Both the position numbers and the translations under genes were made by a program. Below the pieces are notes generated by a model, which was not told where the DNA came from, did no database searches, and saw only the letters and a program-made list of their open reading frames with translations. A stretch of 64,000 bases of DNA, from positions 1,152,001 to 1,216,000 of the forward strand of contig OY730476.1 of the NCBI GenBank assembly GCA_963422735.1. The letters run 5' to 3'. Positions 32,425-40,916 of the stretch are shown piece after piece. The DNA is from Candidatus Latescibacterota bacterium. Its GTDB lineage: Bacteria > Latescibacterota > UBA2968 > UBA8231. Position 1 is the first letter of the stretch; every line of letters begins with the position of its first letter.

Positions 32425-32869
32425 CTAATTCGTGCGGAAATTTAGTGTGCGTATGAGCGCGAACGCGTCGCAGCAAGGCACCTTGAAACCGCGGCAGACA
32501 TCGGGAAGGTGGCGGTTGGCTCGGGTCCTCTTTGGTTTTGAGACCTCGGTTGTTACTACGCAACGATACTCGGCATCGGCGAGGACATAAGCGACTAGAA
32601 ACGGGTCTTCGTTCAATTTCTCTAATTCGTCTTCCGTCAGGTCTAGAGCGTAGCCTTCATGTACTACTCGACGCAACAGTTCAAGAGCCACTTCCTCCTG
32701 TAGCAGCAACACATGTGCGGGTTAATTTTTTGTAAACTTTCCACGGCACTTGCACTCGCCTCTTTTTTCCCATGGCGACAAGCCAGTCCCAAAATTCTGG
32801 CAGTCGCTCAATCGGGTAGTAACCCCGGTTTGCATCAATGAGTACATTCGCGTCGATGGGATAAAGCAC
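32425..32869 (-). pseudogene. DUF4411 (PIN-like) protein, frameshifted
   Basis: IDANVLI..YYP..PEFWDWL and DPFLVAY...VVTTE...LPDVC. Confidence 0.75.
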
Positions 32870-32879
32870 AGGTCACCTG

Positions 32880-34066
32880 CTACGACCGCTTGCCGGCGTC
32901 GAACAACAAGTGAACCTGCCCAGGTTTTACTCCTAATACGTTGGCCGCTTTGGACGTCGTCAACTCTCCGGTACGCATCATTTGCTGGACAAATTCGACA
33001 AGTGGTTTTCCAACACCGTGTCGGCAGAGGACGTAGTAGTTGGGCCCGCCTTGCTGCTTGTTTTTCTGTTTGCGATTGGTAGCGCGTTGCTGAAGCCACT
33101 GCTCGCGAAAGGTCTTCATGAGATGATTGAACATCTGCTGGTTAATAGAGCCGGCTCGATAGACTTTGTAGGCAACCATTGAACGGCTAAAATTCCGCTC
33201 CTCAGCGAAATTACTAATCTGCTCAGTCGCGCAGTTGAACTCGCCAGAGAGTACGAGATGTTGGGCTTCGGCGGCTGGCAGCAGAAATTCTCCGGCCACA
33301 TCATTGCAGAATTGCTCAACGGCATTTTCGCGCCGCGCCGCGCTGATTCCGGTTTGGCCGAGGAGCAGGTGGACCAGTTCGTGTAGCAAGGTGAAGGACC
33401 AAGCTGGAGGGGCGTCGTTGCGATTGATTACGACAAACGGTGCGATGGCATCTGCGATAGCAAAACCGCGAAAAATTTCAGTGTCAAAATTCGTATGGTG
33501 GGAACCTAAGTTACCCATCAGCAATACAAATACTCCGGCCTTTTCCGCACGCTCTCGCAGCAGGTCAAACGCCGCGGATGCATTGTGTTTCACCCGGTAT
33601 TCCCTCACATCTACTTCTAGCAATGTCCGCAGTGATGCGAGAACTGTCGGCTGGCCATCCTCTATGGTATGGGAACCGATGAAGGCCAGCGGCTCTGTTT
33701 CGTCCTCGTCCTCTAACATGTCGCGAACCATGCTCTGACGCGCCCGAATGTCGCGCAGCAAAGCGTTGAGCTGTGCCTCATCTGCGGTGGAATGCTCGGC
33801 CGGCAGAGTGCGAAAATCGGCCCCCCGATCGCCTTTCGCTGGTGGATTGGAGAGGTAGAACGCTAGCAAGGGACGGCGGTATTGCTGCGCCATCTTGGCG
33901 AGCACGGGCCGCGTCGGCTCCTTTGTGCCTTCCTCTAGAGCGGTAAGCTTATCTACCGCCGTCGTTTTTTGGAGTCGCGAAAACCGAGTTTCCCGGCCGC
34001 TTCCCCTAAGGTGAGCCCAGCAGCCTGACGCGCCCAAATCAGTATTTCAGGGTTGACTTTCGGCAT
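32880..34066 (-). pseudogene. XRE-HTH + ImmA/IrrE (M78) metallopeptidase, frameshift near 33970
   Basis: MPKVNPEILIWARQAAG, DFRT, RGFAI, FTLLHELVH (HExxH), EQFCNDVAGEFLLP. Confidence 0.8.
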
Positions 34067-34123
34067 TGTTCAATTCCGTATGGTGGCAGCATAGAGCCGA
34101 CCGGCACATGCCGTCAGACTAGG

Positions 34124-34375
34124 TTATACATCGCCATAGACCCGCGCAATAGCCGCCTGTATCTTGCCTTCCATGCGCTCAACTAGATCGCGGTTGGCGT
34201 CCACCAGCTTCTGCTCGGCCTCGATTTCAGCGACAATGGCTTGCTGGGTGGAGAGGGGTGGGAGGGGGATTTTCATTTGTTTTAGTATCTTCACAGAAGC
34301 TACGTTCTTAATGGCCGCTCCAAATGCGACGTTCTTTTTTTCCTTTCAAGACCTCAGATCGGACAACTGCGATAG
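34124..34375 (-). pseudogene. HsdS-like C-terminal remnant, copy 2
   Basis: LKQMKIPLPPLSTQQAIVAEIEAEQKLVDANRDLVERMEGKIQAAIARVYGDV*. Confidence 0.75.
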
Positions 34376-34382
34376 CCGTTCG

Positions 34383-35135
34383 TCACCTGAATTTATCGCT
34401 TGTAAACAAGCAGCGGGCCGCCGGGCGCAAACGCTGAGCGGCTGAGGGGCTGAGGGCACTCGAAAAGACCATGTGCGGGTCGTCGCGACGACAAAAAAAA
34501 CTGGTAAGACTGAGGCGATGGCTAGCGCTGCGATTGCGAGTGGTACCGTGCCAGACATGGCTGTTGAAGACGGCGACTGTGCCGGCCGCGCCGAGCAACA
34601 GCTTTTGACGCGGGTGGTCCGCGGCAGGGTCCTCCAGTGCATCTTCGGGCGTCTGGCCGCTTCGGTGAGTGCCGGGAATCACGCGCGTGGCTCCGTTTTC
34701 CGGCGTGAACTCCGTTAGCATCCACAGCGAGTTACAAACGGCGTAGCATTCCACTTGGGGCGCGGGACCGTTGTAATCGACGTGCAGGGCCTGCTGCTCG
34801 CCGCCGGGCGGATGGGGCCGGCCGTGAGTGCCGAAGGACTTGATAGAGCCGTCCAAGACATGACAGATGGCGGCCAGAATGCGCGGATGAGTAAAGCAGA
34901 TGTCGAGACCGGCGACTTTGTTATGCATGTAGCTGGATTCGGCCGGGCCCTCCTTTTGCCCCGTGCCCTCGGCGGCGTACACCGCGTCTATCGCACTGCA
35001 TATCGAGGCGATCTGCGCGGCAGAGAGGATCTTGGGCAGGAGCACATAGCCCTCGCGGTCCAAGTGCGTCTTCTCGGCTTGAGAGAGGGTATCGTCGCGC
35101 ACCCCCAACTCGTATAAGGCCTCCTGTAGCGTCAT
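34383..35135 (-). CDS. phytanoyl-CoA dioxygenase family protein
   Basis: LHVD, FTPENGATRVIPGTH, VWHG. Confidence 0.88.
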   Translation of the reverse strand: MTLQEALYELGVRDDTLSQAEKTHLDREGYVLLPKILSAAQIASICSAIDAVYAAEGTGQKEGPAESSYMHNKVAGLDICFTHPRILAAICHVLDGSIKSFGTHGRPHPPGGEQQALHVDYNGPAPQVECYAVCNSLWMLTEFTPENGATRVIPGTHRSGQTPEDALEDPAADHPRQKLLLGAAGTVAVFNSHVWHGTTRNRSASHRLSLTSFFCRRDDPHMVFSSALSPSAAQRLRPAARCLFTSDKFR

Positions 35136-35487
35136 CTCCGATGCTTTCGTTGCGAGTTGGCAGTTTGCGACTTCACAATCGTTCTATTTCGCGTGCGCCG
35201 CAAGCTCGCTCCGGGATACTACTAACGGATGTTATGCACTCCTGCCGTAAGAGTGGCCGGGAGCTTAACGAGAAAGAGGGCGGATAGTCGCACTCGTGGG
35301 AACGGCCGACCAAGCACTCGCCGCAGCCGAGGGCGCAGATGATTTCTTTTGCAACGCATCAAGCACATAAAGGCTCCTACCGATCTTGACTGTATAAACG
35401 GCGCGGTCCTAGTCATCAATAATCTCAAATACGCCGGACTCAAGGCATCTCATCGGCTTGCTAGAGGGCGGCGTTTGTCCGGTCTCA

Positions 35488-36504
35488 CTAGGTAGAGCGC
35501 ATGTCGAGGTGATGTTTCAAGCACCCGACCACCTCGTACAGAGTGGTGCAGACGCGCTCGCCAGCCGCGGTGTGAAGCCGCCAAGCCGTGCCGCCGTTGT
35601 GGTGGATGATCTCGACGCACGTCGGCACACCTTCCGCCACGCGGAAACCAGCCCGTTCCAACGCACGCATAGTCCACAGGGCATGGAGCCCTTCCCCCAC
35701 TAAGCCGACTTCGCCTTCCATCTCTTGCGCTAGATGGAAAGAACCAATCGCCGGGTCGAATTCCGCGTCCGCAAACGTCCGCTGGAAAGCCCCGCTCAAC
35801 ACCAAGTCTTCCGGTGCCCCGGTCTGCAAAGGACCGTCCGGCGGCAGCAGCCAGAGGCGGTCGGCGCAGCGCAGGGCCAAGTCTAAATCGTGAGTGGAAA
35901 GCAAGACGGCACGATCGCGGTCGCCGGCCAAGCCGCGCAACAACTGCACGATTTCGACCCGCCGCGGCAAGTCCAAAAAGGCGGTAGGCTCGTCGAGGAG
36001 GAGCACCGCTGGTTCCTGCGCCAAGGCGCGGGCAATCATCACCTTTTGCCGTTCGCCATCGCTCAGTTCGCCGACGCTGCGCCTGGCCAAGTTCCTAGCC
36101 CCCACCGCGTCAATGGCCCAGCGCACCACCTCTTCATCCGCAGGAGAAAGGCGACCATCCCAGCCAGTGTACGGGTAGCGCCCCAGCGCCACGAGTGCAT
36201 AAGCCGACAAGTTGCCCACATCTACCCGCTCGGTCAGGACTAAGCCCAAAAGCCGCGCCCGTTTGTTCTCGGTCAGCCCGTGCAGGTCGCGGCCATCGAG
36301 AAGCACCTCACCGGCCAGCGGCTTTTGCAGGCCGGCCAATGTGCGCATGAGCGTGGATTTGCCAGCACCATTGGGTCCCAGCAAGCAGACCAGTTCCCCC
36401 TTGAGCAATTCCACACTAATATCCGCGGCCACAACGATGCGCGGGCGTCGCTTAGGCGCGTAGCCAATGCACAGGCCGCGCGTTTGTAGAATGGGCGCGC
36501 CCAC
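35488..36504 (-). CDS. cobalamin ABC transporter ATP-binding protein (BtuD/FecE-like)
   Basis: GPNGAGKST, LSDGERQ, DEPT, STHD. Confidence 0.88.
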   Translation of the reverse strand: MGAPILQTRGLCIGYAPKRRPRIVVAADISVELLKGELVCLLGPNGAGKSTLMRTLAGLQKPLAGEVLLDGRDLHGLTENKRARLLGLVLTERVDVGNLSAYALVALGRYPYTGWDGRLSPADEEVVRWAIDAVGARNLARRSVGELSDGERQKVMIARALAQEPAVLLLDEPTAFLDLPRRVEIVQLLRGLAGDRDRAVLLSTHDLDLALRCADRLWLLPPDGPLQTGAPEDLVLSGAFQRTFADAEFDPAIGSFHLAQEMEGEVGLVGEGLHALWTMRALERAGFRVAEGVPTCVEIIHHNGGTAWRLHTAAGERVCTTLYEVVGCLKHHLDMRST

Positions 36505-36509
36505 GACGT

Positions 36510-37598
36510 TCAGGCGGCAAAGGCCTGCCGCAGCGTGCGGCGGCGCAGGATAATACAGGTGACCACGGGCGCACCAATCAGGGCGGTGACCGCATTGAGC
36601 GGCAGGGTGGCTTCGCTGCCGGGCAGACGGGCCACCAGATCCGCGCTCAAGGCCAAAATGCCACCTAAAAGCACGCTGGCTGGCAGCAGTACGCGGTGAT
36701 CCGAGGTGTTGAAGAGGGCGCGGCACAAATGCGGCACAGCCACGCCCAAAAAGCCAATGGGACCGCAATAGGCGGTGACCGCGCCAGCCAGCAGCGCGGC
36801 ACTAGCAATGATCCACAACCGCGCCCGCCGTGCGCCCAAGCCCATGCTGCGCGCATACGTTTCTCCGAGCAGCAGGGCATTGAGCGGTTTGACCAACAGG
36901 CCGGCAATCCCCAGACCGGCCAGCACCACCGGTGCTAGAAAGGTAAGTTGGCCCCAAGCGACCGCGCCAAAGCTGCCAAAGGTCCACAGGACGTAGGTCT
37001 GCACCTGTTGGGGAATGCTGAAGTAGAGCAACACGCTGACTACGGCACTGGTCAGATAGCCGAACATGAGGCCGAGGATGAGCAAGGTCATGGTGTGCTG
37101 CACGCGCCGCCCCACGAAAAGCACTAAACCCAGCACCAGCGCCGCCCCGGCCACGGCCGCAACAGCCACGCCGACTTGGCCCAAAAGCCCCAGACCAACC
37201 AACAACCCGGCCCCGGTGACACCCGTCCCCAAGACGACCAACGCCACGCCCAGACTAGCTCCGGCACTGATGCCGAGGATGAAGGGGTCGGCGAGGGGAT
37301 TGCGGAACAGGGTCTGCATTTGCAAACCGCTGGCACTCAGGGCCGCACCGGCCAATAGCGCGGTGAGCGCACGTGGCAGGCGGATCGCGCAGATGATATG
37401 GCTCCAACTGGGCTTTTGGTCGGCTTCACCCCACAGGATGGCGACCACCGCATCGAGGGGAATGGACACCGACCCCACGCCTAAACTGAGCGCAAAAAAG
37501 CCGAGTAGGGCCACAGCCATCCCTAAGAAAAGTCCCCAGCGCGGACCCAGCCGGGGCCAAGAGGTGCGCTTAGCAGCGGTGGTGGAAGCGGATGCCAC
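36510..37598 (-). CDS. cobalamin ABC transporter permease (BtuC/FecD-like)
   Basis: IRLPRA, QTLFRNPLADP.ILG, GPIGFLG..VPH. Confidence 0.9.
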   Translation of the reverse strand: MASASTTAAKRTSWPRLGPRWGLFLGMAVALLGFFALSLGVGSVSIPLDAVVAILWGEADQKPSWSHIICAIRLPRALTALLAGAALSASGLQMQTLFRNPLADPFILGISAGASLGVALVVLGTGVTGAGLLVGLGLLGQVGVAVAAVAGAALVLGLVLFVGRRVQHTMTLLILGLMFGYLTSAVVSVLLYFSIPQQVQTYVLWTFGSFGAVAWGQLTFLAPVVLAGLGIAGLLVKPLNALLLGETYARSMGLGARRARLWIIASAALLAGAVTAYCGPIGFLGVAVPHLCRALFNTSDHRVLLPASVLLGGILALSADLVARLPGSEATLPLNAVTALIGAPVVTCIILRRRTLRQAFAA

Positions 37599-37604
37599 GG
37601 CGTC

Positions 37605-38804
37605 TCAGTCTAGTTTTTGATAGAATTTGAGCGCGTGGTTTGGCAGGCGGTCGGGATGCAGGATTTTTATGAAATCGGCCAACACGATATGGGGTTCGGC
37701 GATGCCGCTTTCCCAGTAGTCATTGCCGCCGTGCGCGTTGAGCCGGGCGTTGGCGTTGTACACTCGACCGCTATTGAACGCGGCAAACGCGGCGTAGCGC
37801 TCATCTGCGGCCTGTACCTCGGTCAGCGAATGCCATTCATTGCGCATGGTCAGCCAAACGTCGGCCGCGTGGGCCTTTTCGTACACGGCCTCAAAGTCCA
37901 AAGGCAGGCTTCCCCCAGAGTCGTCGTCGGCCCACAGGTACGCGCCGCCGGCCGCGGCGACCAATTGCGCTGCGTAACTCTTGCCGCCAGCGACGTGCCA
38001 AGTGTCGCGCCAGAGGGAGCCGCCGAACACAGTGGGACGTTGGTCTGTTGGCATATCCTGCACCAAGGCCGCGTATCGCTGGTATTGGGCCACGATGTCG
38101 GCAAAGCGTTTTTCCGCGAGAGCCTCTGCGTTGAAAAAGGCCGCGGTGAACTTGAGCCATTCCGCGCGGCCCAACAGCGACAACTCGGTGTACTCGGCGT
38201 TGATGGCCACGGCCACGCCGGCCTGCTGCAAGACCGGATGGGCATTGTACTGGGATTGGGCCGAGGCCACGGTCATGACTACGTCGGTCTCCAATTCCAG
38301 CACCAGTTCGAGATTGACCCCGGCACCGTGACCGACTGAGACAATTTTGCCGGCCGCAAAACGCTGGTTGACGCCGGGCGAGTGCACCATCTCAATGTCG
38401 CTGACTGCGGCTAGGTTTTCGAGAGCATCCAGCAATTCAAGGTGCGGCAGTTGCGTAGTTGACAAAGCGGCAAGGCGGCGGATGGGTACTGTAATGCGCT
38501 GAACGCCGTCGTACCCGTCGGGTGCGGGGGTGCCGCACCCGACGAGTACATATTGGACGGCGTCTTTCGCGCCGGGCCATGGGGTGCGCACGGTGACCAC
38601 TTTGTAGTTGTTGAAGTACTCAATTGCAAAGCTCTCGGCGTATTGCAGTTGGGCCTTGTGGGGGAAATAGTCCACCGCCGGGTCGTAGGTATCGACGCAG
38701 TCGGCCCCGTTCGCCGCTGGCACACCGAGGGCCAGCCACGCCCCAAAACACACTTTGCGCATCAAACGCCTCCGCAAAAAATTGACCTCCACCGCAATCG
38801 TCAT
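37605..38804 (-). CDS. cobalamin ABC transporter substrate-binding protein (BtuF-like)
   Basis: AEW.KF, GGKSY, NDYWESG..P; inside the B12-riboswitch operon; true start may be 38762. Confidence 0.85.
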   Translation of the reverse strand: MTIAVEVNFLRRRLMRKVCFGAWLALGVPAANGADCVDTYDPAVDYFPHKAQLQYAESFAIEYFNNYKVVTVRTPWPGAKDAVQYVLVGCGTPAPDGYDGVQRITVPIRRLAALSTTQLPHLELLDALENLAAVSDIEMVHSPGVNQRFAAGKIVSVGHGAGVNLELVLELETDVVMTVASAQSQYNAHPVLQQAGVAVAINAEYTELSLLGRAEWLKFTAAFFNAEALAEKRFADIVAQYQRYAALVQDMPTDQRPTVFGGSLWRDTWHVAGGKSYAAQLVAAAGGAYLWADDDSGGSLPLDFEAVYEKAHAADVWLTMRNEWHSLTEVQAADERYAAFAAFNSGRVYNANARLNAHGGNDYWESGIAEPHIVLADFIKILHPDRLPNHALKFYQKLD

Positions 38805-38834
38805 TGTAGGGACAACCCCCTAGCGAACATCCAC

Positions 38835-39401
38835 TTACTCATCAGCCGCGCCCTCCCCCGGCTTCCACAGCACATCCACCTCCCCACCGTCGTTGGCAGC
38901 CCGTGCCATGGCGAACAGCAAGTCGGAGAGCCGGTTGAGATACAGCAGAACCGACTCTCCGACTTGCTCTTGCCCAGCTAGTTGCCACGTTACACGCTCG
39001 GTGCGCCTACACACCGTACGCGCCAAGTGAAGCCAAGCAGCGGGGAGCCGTCCCCCAGGCAAGATAAAGCTCCGCAAGGGAGCCAAGTCTCGCGTGAGGT
39101 GGTCGATTTGCTCCTCTAGGAAAAGGACCTGCTGCGGCTGCAAGCGCAGGTGCTCTTCTTCGCCATCGGCCTGAGGGACGCACAAATCGGCCCCCAAGTC
39201 GAAGAGATCGTTTTGCACCCGGGCGAGCACCTCGTCGTGCTCAGTTCCGCTGGCCCTAGCCAGCCCGATCACCGAGTTTAGCTCATCTACGCACCCATAA
39301 GCGGCGATGCGGGCGCTCGTCTTGGGCACTTGCGACATATCGCCCAGCCGCGTCATACCGCCGTCGCCCGTCTTGGTGTAGAGCTTAGATAGAGTAACCA
39401 T
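38835..39401 (-). CDS. pduO: ATP:cob(I)alamin adenosyltransferase, PduO type
   Basis: YTKTGDGG.T, DELNS.IG, FILPGG, ARTVCRRTER, YLNRLSDLLF. Confidence 0.93.
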   Translation of the reverse strand: MVTLSKLYTKTGDGGMTRLGDMSQVPKTSARIAAYGCVDELNSVIGLARASGTEHDEVLARVQNDLFDLGADLCVPQADGEEEHLRLQPQQVLFLEEQIDHLTRDLAPLRSFILPGGRLPAAWLHLARTVCRRTERVTWQLAGQEQVGESVLLYLNRLSDLLFAMARAANDGGEVDVLWKPGEGAADE

Positions 39402-39460
39402 GCCTGTTGCCTTTCCCTTGTTTATCTGCCCTTACCCATGTTGGGCGCAGGGTCAATCCT

Positions 39461-40864
39461 TCATTTAAGCAACATCACCTTGCCCACAGCCTGTTGATCG
39501 CCAGCGAGCAACTGCACCAGATACGCGCCGTTGCCCACCGATTCACCGGCGGCATTGCGACCATCCCAGTAGAGAACGTGCCGCCCGGCGGCCACCGTAC
39601 CGGAAGTCAGAGTGCGGATGGTGCGGCCCAAGACGTCGTGGACGGTCAATTCAACCGGAGTGTTGGCCTGCCAGACCGCAAAGGGAATCTGCACCGAAGC
39701 GTTAAAGGGATTGGGATAGGCCGCCTCTAAGGCGAATTCCTGTGGCAAGCCGGCGGCGGTTTCTTCCACAGCCGTGAGGACAGACATATCGCCCAACACC
39801 ACGATGTTCGAAGGCGGTAGTCCAGTATCGATTGGACCGTGCAGAAAAGCTCCGGTAGCCGCGTCGTAGAATTTGAGCCCGGCGGCGTCCGGCTCGGCGA
39901 AGGAACCGCGGTCGGCGACGATCAAGCGGCCGCCATCTACAGCCAAGCTGGAGATAAAACCGCCGCTGGTATTTTCTAAGGGCGCACCCACAGTGCCGCT
40001 GGACAAATCAAAGGGCCGGACGCTGTTGGCGAAGTCTTCGTCCGCGACTACGGCATAGCCCCGATTTTGATCGACAAGTACTAAGGATGTAATATCGCCG
40101 CCTAAGTCATCCTCGCCTACGGCCAGTCCGAGGCTGCGGTTGGTGGCCGTATCGACGATTTCCACTCCGCCGGATCGGTCGCCAAAATTGACCACTACCC
40201 CCACGGCGATCTGCTCGTCGACCACGGCCATGCTGTTGGGATTAGTGGCACTGAGGGCAATGCCTTGCACACCCTCAGTGCCCGGGTCCACATCCACGAG
40301 GGTGTCGCTGTTGAGATCGACGACGATCAGGTAACTGACGTCGGCTGGTCCCCACCCACTGTTGCGGTCGAGGCGCTGGCAACTTAAGTAGAGCCGCTCG
40401 CCCACGCGGACGATTTGCGATACTTCGGGCAGGCCATCCGCATCGGCGAAAGCGCTCAGATCAATCTCGCCTAATTCCGCGCCGTCCTCGGGATTGACGA
40501 TCAGCAGGGACGCGGTGTCGTAACGCGTCACGTACGCCTTGTCGGGTGCGACGATCTCAATGTCGTGCGGATTGGCACCATTGCCCACCGAAAACTGAGC
40601 CAGAGGCGTGCGCAAATCCATCGCGTCCAGCACCAAAATATTGTCCTGCCCCAAGCGGTTGACGATATAGACGCGGCCGTCGTGGTAGTGCCCCACGGCA
40701 TCCGAGTGGACGCCCAACAGATTCACCTCGGCCGCGGCTGCATCCGCGGCCAAAAAGGCCGTGCTGCCGGTGGAAAAGTCCGTGGTGATGACGAAGAGAT
40801 CGCTCTGCGCCGACGACGAGCTCACCAGCAGCAAAAGGGCGACTAAAATGGAAATGCGGTACAC
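39461..40864 (-). CDS. secreted YncE/BtuG-like beta-propeller protein with C-terminal FlgD-Ig/PNPFN domain
   Basis: signal peptide; NPHDI....KAYVTRY repeats; AYPNPFN...WDGRN..G..V.NG.Y. Confidence 0.7.
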   Translation of the reverse strand: MYRISILVALLLLVSSSSAQSDLFVITTDFSTGSTAFLAADAAAAEVNLLGVHSDAVGHYHDGRVYIVNRLGQDNILVLDAMDLRTPLAQFSVGNGANPHDIEIVAPDKAYVTRYDTASLLIVNPEDGAELGEIDLSAFADADGLPEVSQIVRVGERLYLSCQRLDRNSGWGPADVSYLIVVDLNSDTLVDVDPGTEGVQGIALSATNPNSMAVVDEQIAVGVVVNFGDRSGGVEIVDTATNRSLGLAVGEDDLGGDITSLVLVDQNRGYAVVADEDFANSVRPFDLSSGTVGAPLENTSGGFISSLAVDGGRLIVADRGSFAEPDAAGLKFYDAATGAFLHGPIDTGLPPSNIVVLGDMSVLTAVEETAAGLPQEFALEAAYPNPFNASVQIPFAVWQANTPVELTVHDVLGRTIRTLTSGTVAAGRHVLYWDGRNAAGESVGNGAYLVQLLAGDQQAVGKVMLLK

Positions 40865-40916
40865 GTAAATCCTCCTTGGGGAATGGATGGTGTGGCGAGT
40901 GGCGAGTTTCCACTTT

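Noticed and set aside
35150-35480. Possible ncRNA or small gene between the PhyH gene and the btu operon
   Set aside because: No recognisable RNA motif or convincing ORF; likely a degraded remnant.
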